Virus record (IMG/VR): IMGVR_UViG_3300027852_000024
Length of the DNA stretch: 40,168 nt
DNA from: a virus
Direction: 5' to 3' (one strand)
Shown here: positions 5,542-14,393 of the stretch, in pieces
Position numbering within the stretch: the stretch's first letter is position 1
Layout of the letters: each line of letters begins with the position of its first letter
Program-made: the position numbers and the translations under genes
Notes under the pieces: generated by a model
The model's input: the letters and a program-made list of their open reading frames with translations, nothing else
What the model was told of the DNA's origin: nothing
Database searches by the model: none

Positions 5542-7200
5542 ATGAGAGCTACACAAACTGACATAGAGACTCATATAACGCAGAAACAATCGTTAGTTGT
5601 GTCAAGAGGGATGTTTGATTCTCACTGGCAGGAAATTGGCGAGCTTATATATCCAGAACACGCTAACTTTACCTTTACCCCAGCACCTGGGGAGAAGAGG
5701 CTGTCTAAAGTATTTGACTCTGTTCCGACACATGCTAATCAGTTATTAGCTTCCGGCCTGTTCTCGTTGCTAACAAGTTCAGCAAGCCCTTGGTTCCATC
5801 TTAGACCAGTTAACCTGATGATGGCGAAGTCTCGTGAAGTGAATGTGTATCTCGATGAAGTGTCGTCCATAATGTATCATGAGATAAACAATCCTGTAGC
5901 TGGGTTTTCTTCTGCTATACACGAGGGTTACTTAGAATATGGTGCGTTTGGTAATATGACTATACTACTCGAAGAAAACTTAGAGCAGTCTTCTTTACGT
6001 TTTATGTCTTTACCATTGTATGAGTGTCATTTTATCGAAAACGCCCAGGGCGTAATCGATACTCTATACAGAACTTATGATAGGTCTGTAGGATTCTTGA
6101 TGCGTAAATTTGGCGTTGAAAACTTATCCGAAGCAGCTAAAAAGTTTATAGAAGAGGACAAACTTGACACAATAATAAAAGGATTGCACGTCATCCTTCC
6201 AAGGGACTTAATCGATCATTACTCTATCAAGTCAACTGATTTGCCTTTTGCATCTATGTACATAGATATCACCAATACACACTTGATGCATGAAGGTGGA
6301 TTCCATGAGTTGCCTTTTATGGCAGCAAGATTCTATAAATCGACTAATGAGGTGTACGGTCGTGGCCCAGGATCGACAGCTTTACCAGATACAAAGATGC
6401 TTATGCGAGTTGTTCAGGTGACTATAAGGGCAGCACAAAAGACAGTTGATCCACCAATGATACTACCAGATAGTGGGTTTTTACGCCCGTTACGTACTGT
6501 GCCTGGTGGGCTGAACTACTACCAGCGTGGGAGACTGAACTCGAAAAAAGATATCGACATCATCCCTACTGGAAACCCTGGATTTGGTGTTGACTATTCT
6601 AAATTATTGCACGAAAAGATACGAGAGATATTTTTTGTAAATCAGCTACAACTTGATACCGGCCCGCAAATGACAGCAACAGAAGTAATGCAGAGAACAG
6701 AAGAGAAGTTACGCTTGCTTGGCCCACTTCTTGGGCGTGTGCAGACTGAGTTGCTTGGCCCACTTATTAGAAGGGCGTACGGTCTACTAATGAGAGCAGG
6801 TAAGCTGCCTGAACCACCAGCAGTATTAGGAGACGCAAAGTTAAAAATAACATATACGTCCCCAATAGCAAGAGCGCAAGAGCAAGTTGAGGCTAATGGG
6901 CTAATGAGGGCGCTCGGTATACTCGAACCAATGCTCAAGTACAGCCCAGAAACAGCAGATATATTTGACACTGATGCTATGGGTCGTGGAGTTTTTAACA
7001 TGTATAGCATAAGCCAAAAGTATCTTAAAGACGAGAAGCAGGTTAAGGCTATTCGTAGCTCACGAGCTAAAGCGGAACAAGACCGGCAAGAAGCAGAGAA
7101 TCTAAGAGCGACTGGACAGGGTGCCGATTCCATGGCGAGAGCAGGAGCAACAGTGCAAGAAGCTGGACTCGGCTCTGGTGATTTTGGGCCACTACAATAA
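5542..7200 (+). CDS. Portal (head-tail connector) protein
   Basis: 552 aa, follows terL and precedes scaffold and capsid; size and synteny as in T7 gp8-type portals. Confidence 0.75.
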   Translation: MRATQTDIETHITQKQSLVVSRGMFDSHWQEIGELIYPEHANFTFTPAPGEKRLSKVFDSVPTHANQLLASGLFSLLTSSASPWFHLRPVNLMMAKSREVNVYLDEVSSIMYHEINNPVAGFSSAIHEGYLEYGAFGNMTILLEENLEQSSLRFMSLPLYECHFIENAQGVIDTLYRTYDRSVGFLMRKFGVENLSEAAKKFIEEDKLDTIIKGLHVILPRDLIDHYSIKSTDLPFASMYIDITNTHLMHEGGFHELPFMAARFYKSTNEVYGRGPGSTALPDTKMLMRVVQVTIRAAQKTVDPPMILPDSGFLRPLRTVPGGLNYYQRGRLNSKKDIDIIPTGNPGFGVDYSKLLHEKIREIFFVNQLQLDTGPQMTATEVMQRTEEKLRLLGPLLGRVQTELLGPLIRRAYGLLMRAGKLPEPPAVLGDAKLKITYTSPIARAQEQVEANGLMRALGILEPMLKYSPETADIFDTDAMGRGVFNMYSISQKYLKDEKQVKAIRSSRAKAEQDRQEAENLRATGQGADSMARAGATVQEAGLGSGDFGPLQ

Positions 7201-7210
7201 CATAAAAGGA

Positions 7211-7230
7211 GACTGCCACTGGTGGCAATC
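7211..7230. repeat. PAL-A dyad (GACTGCCACTGGTGGCAATC) lying between AAGGAG (7206-7211) and ATG 7231
   Basis: Read directly. Confidence 0.9.
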
Positions 7231-7482
7231 ATGATTAATAACTTGCTTAATAAAAAAATACACAGAGCGTACCAAGATGTTTTCGACGCTGGTGCGCCAC
7301 AAGTAAAATTAGTACTCAGCGATCTATGCAAAGCACATGGGGTATTCGACGGAGGCTTTGATCCTAACCCACATATTAATGCTTTCAACAGCGGTGAGAG
7401 AAATGTAATACTAAGGATATTGACCATATTAAAAATGAAACCAGCTGATATTATAAATTTAGCAGATAATGGAGGAGTATAA
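7231..7482 (+). CDS. Hypothetical virion-module protein (83 aa; alternative GTG start at 7222)
   Basis: ORF between portal and scaffold; stop overlaps the next start (TAATG). Confidence 0.55.
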   Translation: MINNLLNKKIHRAYQDVFDAGAPQVKLVLSDLCKAHGVFDGGFDPNPHINAFNSGERNVILRILTILKMKPADIINLADNGGV

Positions 7483-8360
7483 TGCAACCAACAACCACAC
7501 CAACAGCAGAGACACAAGCACCACCAGCACCACCAGCACCACCAGCAGAGCCACCAGCACCAGCACAACCAGCACAACCAGCACCACATGAGACTTGGAG
7601 AGACAGTTTGCCTGAGGACATGAGGGGATTACCAACTCTTGAGAAGTTCAAAGATGAAACCGAAATGGTGCGGATGCCGGTCAATGTAGCTCGTAGCTAC
7701 ATTAACGCCGAGCAGCTAATTGGTAGGGACAAGTTGCCTATACCGAAAACACAAGAAGAGTGGGACAGTACTTACGAGCGACTTGGGAAACCAAAGAGTA
7801 AGGAATTGTACGTCTTCCCTGTAAAAGAAGGCACAGACCAAAGATTAGTAGATGAGTTGACTAAGGACGCTGAGTGGTTTAGAGACAAAGCATTTGAACT
7901 CGGCCTGAGTGAGAAGCAAGCAACTGAATTATTCTCATCTTTCACAGACAATACAGTGGCTAACATTGAAAATATGCAGTCAACTGGAGCTGCCGAAAAG
8001 CTCAATGCAGAAGTTAAACTACGTTCAGAATTTGGTGCCGCTTATGATGGCAAGATGGTTCTGGCTGGCAGAGCTGCAAGGGAACTTGGAGGGCCAGAGC
8101 TTATTGAACTGCTTGACAAGACAGGAGTTGGGAACCACCCTGCTTTTATAAAGTACAATATGAAGGTAGGGGCTATGATGGCAGAAGACTTAGGTCTTGA
8201 CAAGAATACAGGCGAGCTATTACAGTCGACGGAGTCAGTCAAGGATAAAATTTTGGGCATCCAAACTTCACCTGAGTACACAGATGCTACCAACCCCGCG
8301 CATGCAAACGCGGTGGCTAAGGTAGCAAAATTGATGGAACACCTATATGGTGGAAAATAA
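7482..8360 (+). CDS. Putative scaffolding protein
   Basis: GGAGG RBS; Pro/Ala-rich N-terminus, then a charged, helical-looking sequence; lies between portal and capsid. Confidence 0.55.
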   Translation: MQPTTTPTAETQAPPAPPAPPAEPPAPAQPAQPAPHETWRDSLPEDMRGLPTLEKFKDETEMVRMPVNVARSYINAEQLIGRDKLPIPKTQEEWDSTYERLGKPKSKELYVFPVKEGTDQRLVDELTKDAEWFRDKAFELGLSEKQATELFSSFTDNTVANIENMQSTGAAEKLNAEVKLRSEFGAAYDGKMVLAGRAARELGGPELIELLDKTGVGNHPAFIKYNMKVGAMMAEDLGLDKNTGELLQSTESVKDKILGIQTSPEYTDATNPAHANAVAKVAKLMEHLYGGK

Positions 8361-8481
8361 TCACAGCAGACAAGCATAAAGCCCTGCACACAATAGCATT
8401 TGGGCCTCCTTAGCATAGGAGACAACCCGTTGGTTAATGGGAAGAATCTTATAAACAAACACAACAATGAAGGAGGCTGAA

Positions 8482-9351
8482 ATGTCAGCTGAAATAACGA
8501 CCGCAATGGTCGAACAGTACAAGAGCAATGTGGCATTATTGTCGCAGCAAAAGGGATCGAGATTGCGTGGTGCTGTCCGTACTGAAAGTATTGATGGTGA
8601 GAATGTATACTTCGAGCAGATAGGCGCTACATCTGCACAGAAGAAAACCTCAAGGCATATGGATACACCACAGATAGACACTCCGCACCACCGCCGTAAA
8701 GTATCCGCCGACGATTATGTATGGGCGGATTTCGTAGACAAAGAGGATTTAATCCGCACTATCATTGATCCGACAAGCCCGTATGCAGTCAATGCTGTTA
8801 ACGCTTTCGGCCGATCAATTGATGACGTGATAATTGCAGCGGCAAGTGGAACAGCTTACACAGGGAAAACTGGTGGTACAGCAGTAACTCTGGGTACTGG
8901 ACAGCAAATTGCTGAGGGTAATGTCGGCATGACTGTAGAAAAACTTGTTGAGGCGAAAGGTATATTCTGGAGCAACGATATAGACGAGGATATCCCGCTA
9001 CATATAGTTATGTCATCTCAGCAGTATCAGGATTTGCTAAACATAACTGAGGTCACAAGCGCAGATTACAACTCAATTAAGGCTCTTGTCAAAGGCGAGA
9101 TCAATGAGTTCATGGGGTTCACCTTCCACCGTACGCAGAGGCTTTCTGTTGACGCGAGTGATATTCGTACATGTTTTGCATGGGCGCAGGATGGCATACT
9201 TCTTGGACTTGGTGCCGATATACACACAAAAATATCTGAGAGAGACGACAAGAATTATCTCACACAGGTATGGTGCGGAATGACTATTGGCGCAACACGT
9301 ATGGAAGAGAAGAAAGTTGTCGAAATATTCTGTGACGAAACCCCTGATTAA
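8482..9351 (+). CDS. Major capsid protein
   Basis: AAGGAGG at 8470-8476 favours ATG 8482 over 8467; 289 aa; synteny. Confidence 0.7.
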   Translation: MSAEITTAMVEQYKSNVALLSQQKGSRLRGAVRTESIDGENVYFEQIGATSAQKKTSRHMDTPQIDTPHHRRKVSADDYVWADFVDKEDLIRTIIDPTSPYAVNAVNAFGRSIDDVIIAAASGTAYTGKTGGTAVTLGTGQQIAEGNVGMTVEKLVEAKGIFWSNDIDEDIPLHIVMSSQQYQDLLNITEVTSADYNSIKALVKGEINEFMGFTFHRTQRLSVDASDIRTCFAWAQDGILLGLGADIHTKISERDDKNYLTQVWCGMTIGATRMEEKKVVEIFCDETPD

Positions 9352-9360
9352 TAAACCTGT

Positions 9361-9380
9361 GATTGCCACCAGTGGCAATC
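9361..9380. repeat. PAL-A dyad (GATTGCCACCAGTGGCAATC), perfect arms
   Basis: Between stop 9351 and AAGGAG/ATG 9406. Confidence 0.95.
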
Positions 9381-9405
9381 ACACCACATATAAGGAGATA
9401 CAAAC

Positions 9406-9891
9406 ATGGCTACTTTTTATTCAGAGCAGGTAACAAAGCTCGACTCTGTTCCTGCGGAACCAATAAATGTCGATGAACTACACGGCAAAGTAAGAATCGC
9501 AAGATTCGATTATACCCAAGTAGCTGAGGGAGCGGCTGATAGTGTGATTCAACTATGTAAAATTCCTGCTGGTAGAATACGTATCCTCGGCAAAGAGAGT
9601 GCTGTGTACCATAACTTGACAACCGGTACTGTCGATCTTGATATAGGATGGGCGGCGCATACTGATTTTGCTGGTGACGCAGTCGCTGCAGACGAGGATG
9701 GTCTTGACGATAATATTGATTGCGAAACAGCAGGAGTCATAAGGGTTGGTACTGTTGCAGCAGTACTGGCTGAGTGCCAGTCAAAAGTCCTTGAGTCACA
9801 GGCTGGCGTTACAATTACAGCCACAGTTAAGACTGCGGTAATTGCCGCAGACGACACTCTGAAAGGATATATCGCTTACGTGCTGGACTAA
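9406..9891 (+). CDS. Putative head decoration/cement protein (161 aa)
   Basis: Lies immediately after the major capsid gene; no motif recognised. Confidence 0.35.
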   Translation: MATFYSEQVTKLDSVPAEPINVDELHGKVRIARFDYTQVAEGAADSVIQLCKIPAGRIRILGKESAVYHNLTTGTVDLDIGWAAHTDFAGDAVAADEDGLDDNIDCETAGVIRVGTVAAVLAECQSKVLESQAGVTITATVKTAVIAADDTLKGYIAYVLD

Positions 9892-9926
9892 TAATAACCC
9901 TCAATCCGTTGCAGTTAGTTCAGCAC

Positions 9927-9956
9927 TGTCCCCATGAAAATTGTTTTGTGGGGACA
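9927..9956 (+). other. Stem-loop TGTCCCCA-N14-TGGGGACA after the capsid/decoration genes (no U-tract)
   Basis: 8-bp GC-rich stem read directly; possible attenuator or mRNA 3' stabiliser. Confidence 0.35.
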
Positions 9957-9987
9957 CTGAGGCACTAACAAATAAAAGGAGAGTATT

Positions 9988-10545
9988 ATGTCATCAGAAG
10001 TAGAAATTTGTAACGAAGCGTTGACAGCTATTGGTGCGAATACTATACTATCACTGTCAGATAACATAAAGACCGCACGTTTATGTAGTCTAAAATACGC
10101 TAATAAAAGAGATTATTTATTACGCAGGTATATATGGAACTTTGCAACAAAAAGGGCTGTTTTATCATCTGATGTGGACACACCTGATTTCGAGTTCAGT
10201 AAACAATTCACATTGCCATCTGATTGTGTGCAGTTCAGAGAACTATACCCAAACAATATAGCATACAGCATAGAAGGACGTAAGATTCTATGTGAGGAGT
10301 CAGTACTATATATGAAGTACACAGCGCAGGTAACAGACACTAACGAAATGGACACCACTTTTCGTGAGGCGTTATCAGCATTATTAGCCAGAGAGTTGGC
10401 TATACCACTTGCGGATAGTGTAAACTTGTACTCTCAGATGGACGAGCTGTACGAAGTAAAACTGGCAGAAGCAAAATTTGCTGGGTCAATCGAACAGGAC
10501 ACAGAAGCAATAGAAGCAACCGATTGGGAAAATTCACGAAATTAG
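9988..10545 (+). CDS. Tail tubular protein A-like / head-tail adaptor (185 aa)
   Basis: Size and position match T7 gp11-type genes preceding the large nozzle protein; AAAGGAG RBS. Confidence 0.5.
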   Translation: MSSEVEICNEALTAIGANTILSLSDNIKTARLCSLKYANKRDYLLRRYIWNFATKRAVLSSDVDTPDFEFSKQFTLPSDCVQFRELYPNNIAYSIEGRKILCEESVLYMKYTAQVTDTNEMDTTFREALSALLARELAIPLADSVNLYSQMDELYEVKLAEAKFAGSIEQDTEAIEATDWENSRN

Positions 10546-10565
10546 GATTGCCACTGGTGGCAATC
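10546..10565. repeat. PAL-A dyad (GATTGCCACTGGTGGCAATC), perfect arms
   Basis: Starts right after stop 10545 and is followed at once by AGGAGG and ATG 10576. Confidence 0.95.
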
Positions 10566-10575
10566 AGGAGGAACA

Positions 10576-13251
10576 ATGAAGTTTGACGCCATACAAAGTA
10601 GTTTCACATCCGGAGAAGTAAGCCCCAAATTCAGGGGGCAAGTGGAGACAGATGCTTACGCAGCAGGTGTTGGGCGGTCGGAGAATATGATAGTACAACC
10701 GCACGGAGGACTAATATACCGTGGTGGTTTTCATTATGTTGCCGAAGTAAAAGATCCAGCTAAGAAACCTATATTAGTTGGGTTTGATTACAAGAGTTTG
10801 TACTCATACATCTTAGAATTCGGAGAAAATTATATTAGGGTGTATGTGGACACTGAGCAAGTACAGGATGGCGCGTCGGCTTACGAAATAGGATCGACAT
10901 ACGCTCATTCGGAGTTACAAGATTTGTGCTTTAACCAAGACGACGACACTCTGTATATCACACACCCAAACCACCATCCAGCAAAATTAGTAAGAACTGC
11001 TGATGACGACTGGACTCTTTCAGATATCTCTTTTATGTTTGATCCAGTGTGGGCGCTAAAAAACACACCAGCAGATAACGATTGGAAATCAATTTGTTGG
11101 AGTCCTGAGCTATCTCTGTTAGTAATTGTCGCAAGTTCTGGCACAGGAAACAGAGTAATGACTTCACCTGACGGACTAACTGGTTCGCTACAAACTTCTG
11201 CTGCCGACAATGATTGGCGTTCTGTTTGTTGGAGTCCAGAATTATCCTTGTTCGCTGCTGTAGCAAATAACGGGACAAGCGATGGTGTCATGACATCACC
11301 TGATGGGGTTAATTGGACTTCGAGAACCGCTGCTACAGTTAGCGTTTGGGAGTCAGTTTGTTGGGGCGCTACTGCTGGGCTATTCGTAGCAGTATCTGGT
11401 TCTGGGACTGCTAATAGAGTTATGACTTCACCAGACGGGATTACGTGGACTACAAGAACATCTGCTGCTGACAACTATTGGAAGTCAGTCTGTTGGGCCG
11501 CAGAGTTGGCGCTGTTTGTAGTAGTATCTGCGAGTGGTACTGCTGACAGAGTAATGACTTCACCAGATGGAATAACATGGACTTCAAGAACTTCTGCTGC
11601 TGACAGAGGATGGGAGTCGGTGTGCTGGAGTCCTGAGTTGACTCTATTCGTAGCAGTTGCGGGTGATGGAATAGGCGATGGTGTTATGACTTCACCTGAT
11701 GGTATAACGTGGACTTCGAGAACTCCCGCGACTGATACTGTTTGGAAGTCAGTCTGTTGGAGTCCTGAGTTAGGGATATTTGTAGCCGTTTCTGGTTCGG
11801 GTAGTGGTAACAGGACTATGACTTCACCTGATGGTATAACATGGACTACAAGAACTTCACCAGCGAACAATTATTGGGAATCAGTTTGCTGGAGTCCAGA
11901 GTTAGCACTATTTGCCGCTGTTTCGAGTACAGGTGTTGATAATAGAGCAATGACTTCAAGCATCGGAAGGGAGGCGTGGAGAGTCGGCAACTATCCAGCG
12001 CTAAATTTTTTCTTTGAACAGCGTCATATATTCGCATCAACTCCATCTACTCTTAATGGTGTGTGGGGTAGCTGGTCTGGCGAATACAATAATATGACAT
12101 TAGGCACAGGTCTCGACAATCAAGGACTTGAGTTTATTATAAAAGCGGCGGTTAAATTTGTGTGGGCGTCACCTGGTCAAGAATTGATACTTGGTGGGAC
12201 AAACGCAGAGTTTAAAATTGGTGCTAATGCTGCAAACGAGGCTCTTACCCCAAGCAATATTAGGCCGACAATAGTGACGAGTTATGGTAGTTCAGCTAAA
12301 CACCCAGTAAGAATAGACGATAGTGTTGTATTTTTACAGAAAGGCGAAAGGGTATTCAGAAGGCTTGTAGCCAATAATAGATCAGGTGGGTACTCTGATT
12401 CTTATTCTGCGGAGAACTTGACAATACTTAGTGACCATATAGCAAAGAACGGTGTAAACAGCATAACTTATTCTTTACTACCAAGTTCTATTATGTGGGT
12501 AGCACGTACTGACGGAGAACTTGTAGGTCTAACTTACGAACCAGACCACAAGATTTTCGGGTGGCATCGCCACACACTTGGCGGAACAGACTCAAAAGTA
12601 CACTGGGTCGCAACTGCGAATGCTGTAGGTGAGTCACGAAAAGACGAGGTATGGGCAGTTGTAGAAAAGACTATAGATGGCAGTACTGTGTGCTATATCG
12701 AGTATATGGTAGAGGGGCTGTCAGACGAAGACGATATAGAAGACTCATTTTTTGTTGATTCAGGGGTCACGGTGACAGGCAGCCAGTTTACTTCTGTGCC
12801 TGACTTAGATCATTTAGAAGGTGAAGAAGTCAGTATATTCGGCGACGGAGCGATGCAAGCTTCTAAGACTGTATCAGGCGGACTTATAGTATTAGACACC
12901 GCTGTCGACAAAGCACAGATTGGGCAAGCATATGAGGGCGTTGTAGAGACACTACCAATAGAAGGTGGTAACGCAATCGGGACATCACAAGGAGTAATGA
13001 AGAGAATCAATTCTGTGTCCTTACGCTTGGACAGGTCTTTAGGGTTTAGCTTTGGTGGGCTTGTTGGGCCGCTTGACGAGTACTACTTTGGCCCGGCGAT
13101 AATGGACTCACCACTTGAATTGTTTACTGGTGACACAGAACCATCACCATTCTCTGGTGATTTTGACAGATCGTCAGTGTTAAAAGTATCACACGCTACT
13201 CCAATACCTTTTAATTTATTAGCAATAATGTACGAAGCGAGGACAAAATGA
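10576..13251 (+). CDS. Tail tubular protein B-like / nozzle protein with an inserted 7-bladed Asp-box beta-propeller
   Basis: 891 aa; synteny; residues about 170-477 form seven 44-aa repeats W.SVCWSPEL.LFVAV...G...RVMTSPDGITWT.RT. Confidence 0.6.
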   Translation: MKFDAIQSSFTSGEVSPKFRGQVETDAYAAGVGRSENMIVQPHGGLIYRGGFHYVAEVKDPAKKPILVGFDYKSLYSYILEFGENYIRVYVDTEQVQDGASAYEIGSTYAHSELQDLCFNQDDDTLYITHPNHHPAKLVRTADDDWTLSDISFMFDPVWALKNTPADNDWKSICWSPELSLLVIVASSGTGNRVMTSPDGLTGSLQTSAADNDWRSVCWSPELSLFAAVANNGTSDGVMTSPDGVNWTSRTAATVSVWESVCWGATAGLFVAVSGSGTANRVMTSPDGITWTTRTSAADNYWKSVCWAAELALFVVVSASGTADRVMTSPDGITWTSRTSAADRGWESVCWSPELTLFVAVAGDGIGDGVMTSPDGITWTSRTPATDTVWKSVCWSPELGIFVAVSGSGSGNRTMTSPDGITWTTRTSPANNYWESVCWSPELALFAAVSSTGVDNRAMTSSIGREAWRVGNYPALNFFFEQRHIFASTPSTLNGVWGSWSGEYNNMTLGTGLDNQGLEFIIKAAVKFVWASPGQELILGGTNAEFKIGANAANEALTPSNIRPTIVTSYGSSAKHPVRIDDSVVFLQKGERVFRRLVANNRSGGYSDSYSAENLTILSDHIAKNGVNSITYSLLPSSIMWVARTDGELVGLTYEPDHKIFGWHRHTLGGTDSKVHWVATANAVGESRKDEVWAVVEKTIDGSTVCYIEYMVEGLSDEDDIEDSFFVDSGVTVTGSQFTSVPDLDHLEGEEVSIFGDGAMQASKTVSGGLIVLDTAVDKAQIGQAYEGVVETLPIEGGNAIGTSQGVMKRINSVSLRLDRSLGFSFGGLVGPLDEYYFGPAIMDSPLELFTGDTEPSPFSGDFDRSSVLKVSHATPIPFNLLAIMYEARTK
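11083..12006 (+). repeat. Seven tandem 132-bp coding repeats (beta-propeller blades)
   Basis: ATGACTTCACC.GA.GG recurs near 11158, 11290, 11423, 11554, 11686, 11818 and 11950. Confidence 0.85.
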
Positions 13252-13709
13252 TAACTTACAAGCAGGAAGGGTATACCGATGTGCTTGGCGAAATGAAGAA
13301 CCTATTCAAGTCACAATGGGAAGAGGTTGGGCTAAACGCTCTGAGCGACCGCAACAGGGTACTTGACCCTAATTGGTCGATGTATGAGGCTCTGGACGGC
13401 GCCGGTAATTTACACGTGTACACCGCCAGGATTGCCACCAGTGGCAATCTCGTAGGCCACTGCATGTCCGTTGTGTACCCGCACCCGCACAGCAAGAATG
13501 TAATAGCTGCCGAAAATGACTTCCTGTACTTATCACCGAAGTATAGAACAGGATTCACGGGGGTTGGGCTTATAAATTTTGCTGTAGAAGAATTGAAAAA
13601 AGTAGCTGAGATAATCTTTTTTAACACGCATGTGCATAATTCATTTTTCCCTATACTACATAAGTTGGGGTTTAAACTTATAGAGCATAGGGCTATGCTG
13701 GAGGTTTAA
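13248..13709 (+). CDS. GNAT-family N-acetyltransferase-like protein
   Basis: ATGA overlap with the upstream gene; LSPKYRTGFTGVGLINFAVEELKK resembles GNAT motif A (R-x-x-G-x-G). Confidence 0.55.
   Translation: MITYKQEGYTDVLGEMKNLFKSQWEEVGLNALSDRNRVLDPNWSMYEALDGAGNLHVYTARIATSGNLVGHCMSVVYPHPHSKNVIAAENDFLYLSPKYRTGFTGVGLINFAVEELKKVAEIIFFNTHVHNSFFPILHKLGFKLIEHRAMLEV
13430..13449. repeat. PAL-A dyad inside a CDS (GATTGCCACCAGTGGCAATC, encodes IATSGN)
   Basis: Perfect arms. Confidence 0.95.
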
Positions 13710-13711
13710 CT

Positions 13712-14341
13712 ATGTCATCAGGACTTTCATTTGTGTCGAGCGCAGTAGGAGCTGTTGGGAGCTTATTTGGTAGTAGTTCATCAAGTAGCGCAGCAACAGC
13801 CCAAGCAAGACAAGCTACACGAGAAGAACAAATAGCCGCTGAACGTAAAGAACGAGAGCTACGTATACAGCGAGAACAGACAGATCGTGCGGCACGAGTA
13901 GCTGCTGAACAAGCTGAGTGGGAAGAGGGTGTGAGTTTAGAGAAAACAGTATTCACACAGGAACGAATACAAGAGGAAGCTGACGCAGTGAAAGCTTCCC
14001 AAATAGTAGGATACGCAGCAGCAGGTGTAAGCACACGCATTGGTTCTCCTGTATCAGTGATGGCCCGGACAGCTAAAACAGTACAAATTGAGAAAGAAGC
14101 TATAATGCGTGGTCATGAGCTAATGACAGAAGCACGCATGAAGGAAGTAGCCGAAATAGAAATGGGCGGCGAAGAAGCTTACAGATGGTTTACTGAAAGG
14201 ATAGAAGCAGAAACTGCGTACGAAATAGAAGGGCGTGAATCCGAAGCAAGTATGTATCGTAAACAAGCCTCGGATATAAAAATAGGCGGATGGATTTCAG
14301 CAGGATCGTCATTGTTGGGAGCCGCATCATCTTTATTTTAG
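13712..14341 (+). CDS. Internal virion / ejection protein A-like (209 aa)
   Basis: Gly/Ser/Ala-rich ends with a charged helical core; first of three genes in the T7 gp14-16 position. Confidence 0.45.
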   Translation: MSSGLSFVSSAVGAVGSLFGSSSSSSAATAQARQATREEQIAAERKERELRIQREQTDRAARVAAEQAEWEEGVSLEKTVFTQERIQEEADAVKASQIVGYAAAGVSTRIGSPVSVMARTAKTVQIEKEAIMRGHELMTEARMKEVAEIEMGGEEAYRWFTERIEAETAYEIEGRESEASMYRKQASDIKIGGWISAGSSLLGAASSLF

Positions 14342-14357
14342 TAAATAACATAGACAA

Positions 14358-14377
14358 GATTGCCACTGGTGGCAATC
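14358..14377. repeat. PAL-A dyad (GATTGCCACTGGTGGCAATC), perfect arms
   Basis: Between stop 14341 and GGGGAG/ATG 14394. Confidence 0.95.
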
Positions 14378-14393
14378 ACGGGGAGTTACAGTA

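Noticed and set aside
6642-7589. 315-aa minus-strand ORF (MWCWLCWLCW...)
   Set aside because: It is antisense to the portal, the 83-aa gene and the scaffold gene. It is Cys/Trp-rich low-complexity sequence produced by the CCAGCACCA repeats, with no RBS.
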